Part shown: positions 9,519 through 18,900 of the stretch, in pieces
Numbering within the stretch: the first letter of the stretch is position 1
Layout: every line of letters begins with the position of its first letter
Assembly: GCA_016838895.1 (NCBI GenBank)
Contig: JAEKNU010000018.1
Span: forward strand, 2,207 to 66,206
Direction: 5' to 3'
Origin: Chloroflexota bacterium
GTDB lineage: Bacteria; Chloroflexota; Anaerolineae; Anaerolineales; Anaerolineaceae
DNA length: 64,000 nucleotides
The notes under the pieces: generated by a model
Databases searched by the model: none
What the model was told of the DNA's origin: nothing
What the model saw: the letters and a program-made list of their open reading frames with translations, nothing else
Translations under genes and position numbers: made by a program

Positions 9519-9548
9519 TTGACATCCCACCCCCAAACCCCCTATACT
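9519..9548 (+). promoter_or_regulatory. sigma70-type promoter TTGACA-N18-TATACT
   Basis: -35 at 9519-9524 and -10 at 9543-9548. ATG 9556 lies only 7 nt after the -10, so the transcript may be leaderless. Confidence 0.5.
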
Positions 9549-9555
9549 AAAATCC

Positions 9556-9939
9556 ATGAAACGAACCCTCTCCAACACCGCCACAGGCGCCCTGATCGGG
9601 CTGGCGAACACCATCCTTTATACCTTGCTCTTTCCCCTGTACTGGCCGTTTGAATCCTTCGTGACCTTCTTTTCCTTCGACGGTTCTTTTATGTGGGTGG
9701 TGATGCTGGGGTTGGGCTTTGGTGCTGCATTGTTGGCACCCAATATCGGCGTGGGGGCAGTACGCCAAATTGGTCGGGAGATCGCTTCACCCATTGAAGT
9801 GCTCATAGTTCCGCGCCATCAGGTTCGCGATGACACATGTAAAGAGTTTTGGAGCAAATCACAAGTTAGAAAATCATGCTTGAATGCAGGGAATTTCTAC
9901 ATCAAAACCTCTATCCTTCCCCTACACTTTCATATTTGA
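9556..9939 (+). CDS. small hypothetical membrane protein
   Basis: 127 aa with hydrophobic segments (GALIGLANTILYTLLFPLYW, FMWVVMLGLGFGAALLAP). A consensus promoter lies directly upstream. The 3' end overlaps the convergent gene by 29 nt. Confidence 0.45.
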   Translation: MKRTLSNTATGALIGLANTILYTLLFPLYWPFESFVTFFSFDGSFMWVVMLGLGFGAALLAPNIGVGAVRQIGREIASPIEVLIVPRHQVRDDTCKEFWSKSQVRKSCLNAGNFYIKTSILPLHFHI

Positions 9940-11959
9940 TTGGTTCTCCAGCATCGTGTAACAATTTATTTATTTCCCGTTTTAACTCCAAAATGCGGTC
10001 TTCTCGGCCCATGGTGATGGTGTGCCAGCGTTGCAGCTCTTCTATTTGTTCCTTGATTTTGGCTTCGGCCAATTTGCGCTCGTTTATATCTCGGGTGGTG
10101 CCGGCAATGCCGATGATTTCCCCATTTCCGTCATGCATGGGATTCAGAACGACTTCGTAACATCGGATTGTTCCATCTGGTACCGATCCGGTTGTTTCAG
10201 CAATTACTGTAGCATTGGTATCGTAGACTTGTTGATGAAGCGTTGCCCACTCATCACACAAGGCTTTCTGAAACCCCAATTCTTCATGCGTTTTCCCGAT
10301 GATCTGTTCAGGCTTTAAGCCCAGCGTTTTACACAAGTTTGTGTTGGCATGGGTAAAACGACTTTGCCGATCATAACTGTAAATGGAATCCTGGCTGGCT
10401 TCATCGATGAGGTGATAACGTTCCTTGCTCATACGCAGGGCTTCTATGGCTGAGCGGTGTTCGGTGGTGTCAATGATGAAACCCTCAATACCAATCACCT
10501 CTCCGTTTTTTGTAACCGGCCGGCCGGAAAAGGTATGGTAGCCAATACTGCCATCTTTACATTTGCGACTGAAATCCCCTTTTAGATAGCGGCTGTCATT
10601 TTCCATGATGCCTGAAACAAATGCTTTGGCCGCTTCAATGTCTTCAACTTTTTGAATTTCAGTAAAATGATGTCCCAGAATTTCATCCGCTGAATCATAG
10701 CGATGCAATTGTACCCAGGCCTGATTTACATCCTGGATGATGCCATCACAATCAATGAAGAAATATCCTGCATCAGAGTTATCCACAATGGAGCGAAAAT
10801 GTTCTTCGCTGTTCCGCAAGGCCTCCTCGGCCTGATTTTGTTTGGTAATGTCAATGGTATACCCTGCCAGAAGATGCTTTTCCCCTTGCTGGATTGGAAA
10901 CTTGATGGATGTGTAAGTACGGTTGTTAAGTATTTCTTCATCCTGGAATATTCCATCTTTGGAAACCACGTCCCAATCATCGGCACTGATTTTTTGAGCA
11001 AATTCAGGCGGAAACAATTCCTCCATGGTTTTTCCAGCCATCTCACTACCGGGGATACCAATCATATCAATGAAGTTTTCACTGGCATGCAATACTTTAC
11101 TAGAGGTTGGGGTTACTTCTTTTATATATATATAAATAGGGGAATGGTGGATAAATTGAGAAAACATTTCAGTATTGTCTAGTATGGCTTTTTCCACCTG
11201 TTTGCGTTCCGTGATATCACGGCAGAAGCAGATAAGCCGCCCTCCATCAATATTCAAAAAAGTTGCTGAAATTTCCACATCAAATATGCTGCCATCTTTT
11301 TTGCGATGACGTGCAGTAAATAAATCAGAACCATTCTGTATTATTTTTTGGATATGTACCGCTGCCAGTTCAGCATCTTCCACGACATCAAAGTCAGGAA
11401 TACTTAATTGCAGTAGCTCCTCTTTGGTATACCCGAGCATTCTGCAATAAGCATCATTTACATCTATAAATTTCCCCTGGGTATTCAATAACCAAAAGCC
11501 ATCTTTCGTGGTTTGCAGGATACTCTGATAGAAAAAATCTTGATTGTCGATTGGTATGCGGGATTGCTGATCAGTTTTTGTTAAAGACCGGATCAGTGTA
11601 CGAAGGTCAACCTCTATGAAAGGACATGAGAGAAATGCATCAACGCCAGCATCCGCAGCCTGTTGCAGGCTAGCTTGATCTGTTTCAGGGGAGATCAGGC
11701 AAATGACAGGAATTGATTTTGTGGTTGCTTCATTGTTTAGTTTTCTGCACAAAGTGATTGCATCAGGGTTTTTGATTTTTATATCAAGCAGCACTACATT
11801 TGGGCTTTCTGATTTGATTAGCGTGAAACTATTATTTTCATCTGTGCTGGTTAGAATGATTGTATTTGGAAAGGTACGCTCTACTATTTTTCCAACTGAA
11901 TCAAGAATATTGGGATCTTCGCTAACAAAAACAATTTTTAATGAGGTATTTTCCACCAA
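9911..11959 (-). CDS. response-regulator receiver domain protein with four PAS domains and a C-terminal coiled-coil tail (no recognisable kinase or output domain)
   Basis: 682 aa. The REC domain covers KIVFVSED...VVLLDI...VICLIS...AFLSCPF. Four PAS-like units follow, each ending in D(I/T)T(E/K)(R/Q/H)-type motifs. The tail is EELQRWHTITMGREDRILELKREINKLL. Confidence 0.85.
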   Translation of the reverse strand: MVENTSLKIVFVSEDPNILDSVGKIVERTFPNTIILTSTDENNSFTLIKSESPNVVLLDIKIKNPDAITLCRKLNNEATTKSIPVICLISPETDQASLQQAADAGVDAFLSCPFIEVDLRTLIRSLTKTDQQSRIPIDNQDFFYQSILQTTKDGFWLLNTQGKFIDVNDAYCRMLGYTKEELLQLSIPDFDVVEDAELAAVHIQKIIQNGSDLFTARHRKKDGSIFDVEISATFLNIDGGRLICFCRDITERKQVEKAILDNTEMFSQFIHHSPIYIYIKEVTPTSSKVLHASENFIDMIGIPGSEMAGKTMEELFPPEFAQKISADDWDVVSKDGIFQDEEILNNRTYTSIKFPIQQGEKHLLAGYTIDITKQNQAEEALRNSEEHFRSIVDNSDAGYFFIDCDGIIQDVNQAWVQLHRYDSADEILGHHFTEIQKVEDIEAAKAFVSGIMENDSRYLKGDFSRKCKDGSIGYHTFSGRPVTKNGEVIGIEGFIIDTTEHRSAIEALRMSKERYHLIDEASQDSIYSYDRQSRFTHANTNLCKTLGLKPEQIIGKTHEELGFQKALCDEWATLHQQVYDTNATVIAETTGSVPDGTIRCYEVVLNPMHDGNGEIIGIAGTTRDINERKLAEAKIKEQIEELQRWHTITMGREDRILELKREINKLLHDAGEPIKYESVGEG

Positions 11960-12422
11960 GTATTTCTCCAGTTAATCCCCGGAATGGGTTCAATTGATAA
12001 ATATGCAAAGTATATGCTTCAATGAATTGGCGTATATTTTTTGGGTATTTAATTCGTAGAGAGTCTATTCCCGTTTTTGTTAGGCAAAGTACAACAGGTA
12101 GTTTTGATGGTCTACGGATAACGGACATGGAACCATTTTTGAGAATATTTTACGTTGTTGTATTGTTTTTCTTTCTCTATATCATACAACATTTCGAGGA
12201 ATAAAATCTCTTTCTTGTTTCAATATCTTTGATTTTTGTTCTCTTTTTGCAATTTTGTAAGTTGAGATAGATAGATTTGGTTCCTCCATGATGGATTTGC
12301 CGCAAAATAATATATTGGGTGTTCAAGTACCATTGCTATGTAGCAATATTTTGAACATGGTATCCGCTTGACTTTAAGATATGGATAAAACAAAGCAAAC
12401 AGGATAGAATGAGCTTAATGTC

Positions 12423-13511
12423 ATGATTGGCAGCAGAGGTAAGCTGATGATTTTTTATCGAAAATTTCCTCGCATTGCCAGATTATTGGTCCTGTTGATG
12501 ATAGGGACGATTCTCTTTGGTGGTATGTTGTATTTTGTAAAGAATGGACAGCAGCCGGTGTTGTTGTATCTTTATCAGCCGGGTACGGATTATGAAACCA
12601 TTATGCGGTCCAGCCTGAATAGCTCGCCTGAGGTTTTTCTGGCAGAATTTGGCTCCTTGCAGGATATGCAACCTTCGCCGGATGGCAAATGGCTGGGTGT
12701 GATTATTACCGATGCAGATGGTGCCATGCAGGTAGAGGTTTATAACACACGCTCTGCAAAACTGGAAAGCAGCTATGATTGCAGTGATATGCAGTGTTCT
12801 GCTCTGGAATGGAAAACGGACGCCAGTGCGCTGTATTTCCACCAGTTCAGCAATGGCTCTAAAAGCAGTATCCTCTCCTTGAATATAACCACTGACCAAA
12901 TAGAAGAAGTTCCAATTGATGCCCGATACGCGCCATTGTATTTCAGCCCTTCGCCAGACGGACGCTATCAGGTTATATATGATGAAAATGCAAAAGGCTT
13001 CTTTGTGTTAGATAATTGGAAACTGGAACTGATACTGGTGAAATCCGAGGGTGCGTCACCTGTGTTGTGGTTGAATGATCCACTACGTGTGCTGCTGGTA
13101 GCTACTGAGCATGAGGATAAAATTCCGGTTACTCATATCACAGAGATTACACCAGGGACATTACAAATTCGCTACTTGAAAGACAGCGACATAACGAATA
13201 TGGATTTTAATAATTTGGCCATTCATCCTAATGGAGAAGATCTGGTTTTTGGCTGCCGGCCGGTTTTACACAGCTCTTCACGACAATTGTGTGTGAGCAA
13301 TATGACGGAATTCATCGGTGAGCAGTTGACCAATAAACAGTCGCGCAATCATGCCGGGGCAGTGTTTGATAGCAGCGGCACATGGCTGGCATATCAGACT
13401 TATAATCTTGAATCGAGTGCTTCCAAACCAACCATCTGGGTAATGGGCTGGTCCACGGGTTCTACGATACAGGTGGCCGATAATGCCGCCATGCCACGCT
13501 GGATTCCTTGA
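12423..13511 (+). CDS. membrane-anchored TolB-like beta-propeller repeat protein
   Basis: 362 aa with an N-terminal TM helix (LLVLLMIGTILFGGMLYF) and recurring SPDGKW / SPSPDGRY / HPNGEDLVF motifs typical of PD40/WD40-like propeller blades. Confidence 0.55.
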   Translation: MIGSRGKLMIFYRKFPRIARLLVLLMIGTILFGGMLYFVKNGQQPVLLYLYQPGTDYETIMRSSLNSSPEVFLAEFGSLQDMQPSPDGKWLGVIITDADGAMQVEVYNTRSAKLESSYDCSDMQCSALEWKTDASALYFHQFSNGSKSSILSLNITTDQIEEVPIDARYAPLYFSPSPDGRYQVIYDENAKGFFVLDNWKLELILVKSEGASPVLWLNDPLRVLLVATEHEDKIPVTHITEITPGTLQIRYLKDSDITNMDFNNLAIHPNGEDLVFGCRPVLHSSSRQLCVSNMTEFIGEQLTNKQSRNHAGAVFDSSGTWLAYQTYNLESSASKPTIWVMGWSTGSTIQVADNAAMPRWIP

Positions 13512-13518
13512 ATTTGTC

Positions 13519-14253
13519 ATGAAATGGATATACCTTTCTCCTCATCTGGATGATGCAGTTTATTCTTGTGGTGGCTTGATTCACCAACAAGTGCAGCAAG
13601 GCATAGATGTAGAAATATGGACTGTTTTTGCAGGTCAGTTTGATGCTGCAAACCTGACCCCGTTCGCAAAAGATATCCATCAGCGTTGGGGCACAGGTTT
13701 AGAGAGTATTACACTTCGCAAAGCAGAGGATCAGGAAGCTTGCACATTATTGGGAGTAAACACAAGTTATTTTGATTTTCAAGATGTAATCTATCGTTTC
13801 AAACCCGAAACTTCGCAAGCAGAAATTATTGAGAATGATGATTTATTCCGTGAGTATCATCCTGGCGATAATGCATTAATGGAAAGCATCACACAGGTTG
13901 TACGCCAGGCAGCACTGAGAATGCAACAGATACAGCTCTGTATCCCTTTGGGGTTGGGAAATCATATTGATCATCAAATTGTCCGCAGGTCTGCGGAAGC
14001 ACTGATAGATTCATATCCAATCCTCTATTATGCGGATTTCCCTTATGTAATCCGATCACAAGCACAGCCTGATGGTTTGCAACAGCGCCAGTTCGCGTTA
14101 TCTGAGGCAGATGTGGAAATCTGGTGTCAGGCGGTTGCGATCTATAAATCCCAAATAAGCACCTTCTGGGATGACGAAGCCCAAATTTGTGAAGAAATTT
14201 TTCCGTATTGGAAAAAGGGCGGGGGAAGCTGCTTGTGGTTTCACGAACAATGA
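13519..14253 (+). CDS. PIG-L family deacetylase (LmbE-like)
   Basis: ATG 13519 gives MKWIYLSPHLDDAVYSCGG (the PIG-L SPHxDD motif), and a later HIDH is present. The track start 13483 would overlap the previous gene. Confidence 0.75.
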   Translation: MKWIYLSPHLDDAVYSCGGLIHQQVQQGIDVEIWTVFAGQFDAANLTPFAKDIHQRWGTGLESITLRKAEDQEACTLLGVNTSYFDFQDVIYRFKPETSQAEIIENDDLFREYHPGDNALMESITQVVRQAALRMQQIQLCIPLGLGNHIDHQIVRRSAEALIDSYPILYYADFPYVIRSQAQPDGLQQRQFALSEADVEIWCQAVAIYKSQISTFWDDEAQICEEIFPYWKKGGGSCLWFHEQ

Positions 14254-14342
14254 TACAATTAAGTTGATATAGTTATACGCATAAAAACCTAATTTTACGG
14301 CCTTTTGTATGGACGTGGGATCAGGTATTCTATGCTATACTG

Positions 14343-14597
14343 GTGAAAAATATGGACAAACAATCAGTTTGGGCAAAATGGGCTCGAAACTTGCATCGTT
14401 GGGATATGGATGTTCCTGCTGAACTGTTCCTCAAATCGGTAGGACCACTGTCAATCGTCTTTGCACAAGGGTTGGTTTTGTTAAAACCGGTTATCAGCTC
14501 AAGCCCGGAATGGGATATCCTTACAGAGACCATCGAAAACGCTGACGAACGCAGGTTGTTCAGCCAACTACTGCACGAAGGAAATTGGGATGAATGA
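14343..14597 (+). CDS. small hypothetical protein (operon gene 1)
   Basis: 84 aa (GTG 14343, or ATG 14352) with one hydrophobic segment VGPLSIVFAQGLVLLKPVI. Its stop overlaps the next gene start by 8 nt. Confidence 0.5.
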   Translation: MKNMDKQSVWAKWARNLHRWDMDVPAELFLKSVGPLSIVFAQGLVLLKPVISSSPEWDILTETIENADERRLFSQLLHEGNWDE

Positions 14598-15354
14598 TGC
14601 AATGAGTACTTTTTCCGGCAATCTGATATTATTGGGCGCGATTTTATTGCTGATCATTTTTTCATTTCCGAATTTGATCAAGCATCGTCGCACGGTACGT
14701 CCCATCACGGCCATGACCAAAATGAAAAAAGCACTGGCTACTGCGGTTGAAGCTGGCAAAAGAATCCATATTTCAATGGGTAATGCCCCCCTGACAGAGA
14801 AAAATTCAGCGGCCAGTTATGTGGCCCTTAATACAATGAAGAAATCTGTACGCATGGCAACCCTGGGCGATCGTCCATTGATTGCTACCAGCGGTGATGG
14901 CCCACTTTCCTTATTAACACGTAATGGACTGGAATCAGCTTATCGGGAACGTAATGCTTCTGATCTATATGAAATTTCACAGGGTCGCCTGACTGGTTTG
15001 ACCCGTTTTTCCTATTTAGCCGGGACAATCTCGGTTATCAGTAATGAAAAAGTATATGCTAATCTGCTGCTTGGAGATTTAGGACCGGAAACTTTATTAA
15101 TGAGTCAAGCAGTACGGCGTAGTAATGGGCAGCTTTTGCCTGCCTCCAGTTCCATTCCGGCTCAGGCAGTGTTCTATGCAGAATCCGAAGACACCTTGAT
15201 TGGCGAGGATGTTTTTGCCGTAGCGGGGTATTTGCAGGAAGATCGTAATCAGCATGCTGGTTTGTGGGTGCAAGATATTCTGCGCTGGGTATTAATTGGC
15301 GTTATGCTGGTGGGTGGTATTATGAAAATTGCGCAATTGGTGATGGGAGGCTGA
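14590..15354 (+). CDS. hypothetical bitopic membrane protein (operon gene 2)
   Basis: 254 aa. TM helices at the N-terminus (LILLGAILLLIIFSFPNLI) and C-terminus (ILRWVLIGVMLVGGIMKIAQLV) flank a ~190-aa soluble domain. Confidence 0.6.
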   Translation: MNDAMSTFSGNLILLGAILLLIIFSFPNLIKHRRTVRPITAMTKMKKALATAVEAGKRIHISMGNAPLTEKNSAASYVALNTMKKSVRMATLGDRPLIATSGDGPLSLLTRNGLESAYRERNASDLYEISQGRLTGLTRFSYLAGTISVISNEKVYANLLLGDLGPETLLMSQAVRRSNGQLLPASSSIPAQAVFYAESEDTLIGEDVFAVAGYLQEDRNQHAGLWVQDILRWVLIGVMLVGGIMKIAQLVMGG

Positions 15355-15360
15355 TCGAAA

Positions 15361-15978
15361 ATGAAATCTCCTGTATCAACCGCAATTGCTATTGGGGTAG
15401 GATTCATGGTTTTGCTGGGTACGATTTTACCCATTCCAATCTTGAGCTCTATTCGTGAGGCATTGGTTAATTGGGCAGTGATTATTGCCGGTGTTGGGGC
15501 ATTGGTTGCTATTGTTCATTTTGTTCGCTTACATATTCGCAAAGTATCCCAAACGCGTGAACGAGACGGTTATAGTTTTCTACTGATTATTGCGTTTATG
15601 GGGACTTTCTTGTTTGGTGTGTTTTATACACCGGCCGATATTTATTTTCGTCCGATTGTAACCTCGATTCTGATGCCGATTGAAACCAGCCTGCTGGCTT
15701 TACTGGCTTTTTCGTTGGCACTGGCGGTGTTTCAGGTGGTTCGCAAACGAAGAGGATTTTCAACATTGTTATTCCTCATCAGTTTGATTTTTTTCCTGTT
15801 GTATTTCTCCAATGGATTACCTGTTCAATCTCAAATTCCGGCATTACGACAAGGCTTATTATTTTTGGAACGCCTGCCGATTGCCGGGGCACGCGGTTTA
15901 ATTTTAGGGATTGCATTGGGCAGTCTCGTAACCGGTATACGCATTCTTTTGGGAATGGACAGGCCGTATCAAGGATAG
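15361..15978 (+). CDS. hypothetical polytopic membrane protein (operon gene 3)
   Basis: 205 aa with about 5-6 hydrophobic helices. Gaps to the neighbouring genes are 6 nt and 3 nt. Confidence 0.6.
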   Translation: MKSPVSTAIAIGVGFMVLLGTILPIPILSSIREALVNWAVIIAGVGALVAIVHFVRLHIRKVSQTRERDGYSFLLIIAFMGTFLFGVFYTPADIYFRPIVTSILMPIETSLLALLAFSLALAVFQVVRKRRGFSTLLFLISLIFFLLYFSNGLPVQSQIPALRQGLLFLERLPIAGARGLILGIALGSLVTGIRILLGMDRPYQG

Positions 15979-15981
15979 CCG

Positions 15982-18900
15982 ATGGCAGAAAATCGCTGTA
16001 GTATGTGTGGAAAACCAAATGCGGCAGATGAATCCGTTTGTGAGCATTGCGGTGCACGTCTGACCCCGATGAAGCCCTCAAATGCAGGGAAATTCACCGG
16101 TGGTTTGAGCTGGCTGGATGCCTTTAGGGAAGAAACCGGTGGGCCAGATGAGGGTGAAACGTCAGTTGAGCAGGAAGCAAGCGCTGAACCCGCTGCAACA
16201 GAAGAAGATGATGAATCTCCGGAATGGTTGCAGAATATTCACCAACGTACCGATTCTGATGGTGCAGAAGAAGATGAGATCGAAGAGAATGATGAAATCC
16301 AACTGGAGGATCAATCTTTTGTTGATACACAGGCAGAGGGGGATGTTCCGGACTGGTTGAGGAATTTAAAAGGGGATGATGAACAGCCTGCTGTGGAAGA
16401 AGAAAAAAGTGAAGCAGTTGATGAAGATATACCACATTGGGCAGATGCATTAAGGACATGGGATGCAGAGGAAACCGCAGATGATGATTTTTCAGTTGAT
16501 GAAGAATCTGATGATGGGTTATTAGAAAGTAAACCAAGAGTGACTGAGTGGTTTAATCGAATTTTACCGGGGAATGAACAAGAATCGCATGAGGAAACTG
16601 AAGAGCAGGTACCTGCTGCCCAGGTTCCCCAGCAATCTCAACAACCATCCAATTTCATCGACGATAGTGCTTCGTCCGCATCTATGGATGAAGTTGAGAT
16701 TGAAAATTGGCAAGAAAGATCAGCAAAATTAACCTCTGTGACAGAATCATCAAGCGATGAAGAAGAAGTTCCATCCTGGTTGCAGGGAGATGAGGAAACC
16801 GCGGCTGAGGATAGTTCCCAGAGCGTATTAAACTGGTTGCAAAAACTGGATGAAGAAGAAGGCGGTAGACAAAAAGCTCGCTATTGGATGGGCGAAGTTG
16901 ATACGGGTGATTTACCAGCGGAACGAACACTTGATCCCCGTTTTGCAGAACCAGAAGAAAAAACAGAATCAGTTTATGATCCATTTTCAGAAGGGGATGC
17001 TGATAGTGCAGGTGCTACTCAGTTCTTTTCAGAAAGCGAATTAGCTGCTGATGACATGGATGAGGAATCACAAGAACCTGGTCATACCATGATCTTTGAG
17101 CAACCCGACGATGATGAAGCCATACCGGATTGGATGGCAGATCAACCTGGTGGTCCTGCAACCTTAAAAAGTGGAAGATCAGCTCACACAGTGGGACTAA
17201 GTGGTTTAGATGACGCTGATCTGGGTATGGATTTACCTGAAGAGGAGCAATCTCCCTGGGAGAAAGCAGCAAAGGAAGGAGATGTGCCCGCCACCTCAGA
17301 AAAACCAGCATCACCAAAGATGACAGCCGCATTAACCGGGCTTGATGAGGAAGAAAGTGGGGATCAAGAAGAAATTCCACCCTGGTTGCAAGATGTTGAA
17401 ACACCCACGACACCAGTTCGTAAAGAAACGCCAATCATGACCGCTGAATTAGGTGATTTTGATGATGAAGATTTAGGTGATGATACAACGGATGCTGAAA
17501 CTCCTCCATGGGTTCAGCAGACCCCCTCAGATCGTGAAGAAACAAAACCCAGAATGCCAATCATGACGGCTGAATTATCCGGTCTGGATGATGAAGATTT
17601 GGGGATGGACTTACCGGAGGATGAGATTCCTCCCTGGTTGAAAGAAGTTGAACAGCGTGAAGAAGATGAAAAGCCTGGCACACCCATCATGACGGCAGTT
17701 TTGGATGATCTGGATGAGGATGATGAGGATGAAGAAACACCTCCGTGGATTTTAGATACAGAAATTCCAGCTGATGAGAAGAAACAATCTTTAATGACTG
17801 CGGCAAAAAGCGATTTGGGTGAGACTTCATTTGAAACAGAAGAAGTGTCACCATGGATGCAGAATATCGATGAATCTACATCTGAAGCGAAGCCCGCACC
17901 AATGATGACGGCTGAGTTGTCCGACCTGGATGAAGGGAATGATGGGGATGATGAAGAGATTCCACCCTGGATGCAGGATGTCGAAGAGGTAGCAGTGCCT
18001 AAAAAAGGCACAACAATGATGACTGCGGCATTGACAGGATTAGATGATGAAGAATTAGACTCTGTGGATGATGCTGCATTGCCATGGATGCAGGAGATTG
18101 AGGAAGTTGTTCCGCCTGCAAAAAGTACACCCTTGATGACCGCGGCGCTGACAGGTTTAGATGATGAGGATCTGGGGACGGATGAAGAGCCGGCCTGGAT
18201 GAAGGATATCGAAGAAGTAACACGTCCATCAATCGAAACACCGTTAATGACTGCTGCATTAACTGATTTGGATGAGGAATTTGGTGACGCTGTCGCTGAT
18301 GATATTCCGGATTGGATGAAGAATATTGAAGAAACTCAGCAACCGCCAGAAACAACTCAATTAGAGCATGCTGAAGCCGTTGTCAAAGATGTGAAAACTT
18401 CCCCATCGCCTAAGCCTACGTTCATGGATGATTTGCAAGAGAAGAAAGAAAAATCTCCTGGCGAACCAACAATTGATGAAATGTATTCGGATCAATTGTT
18501 AACCACCGGGAAACTGAATGAAATGGTTGGCAAACCAGGTGCTGCAGGAGCAGTGGAACCAGAAGAGCAATCAATTGATGAAATGTTCTCAGATCAATTG
18601 TTGACTACCGGTAAACTTAATGAAATGGTAGGCCAACCGCCAACAGTAGATGATTCCGCAGATGATGAGAAATCCGTTGATGAGATGTACTCAGATCAAT
18701 TGCTGACGACTGGTATTTTGAATGAAATGGTAGGCCAACCGCCAACAGTGGATGATTCCGCAGATGATGAGAAATCCGTTGATGAGATGTACTCAGATCA
18801 ATTGCTGACGACTGGTATTTTGAATGAAATGGTAGGCCAACCGCCAACAGTGGATGATTCCGCAGATGATGAAAAATCTGTTGATGAGATGTACTCTGAT

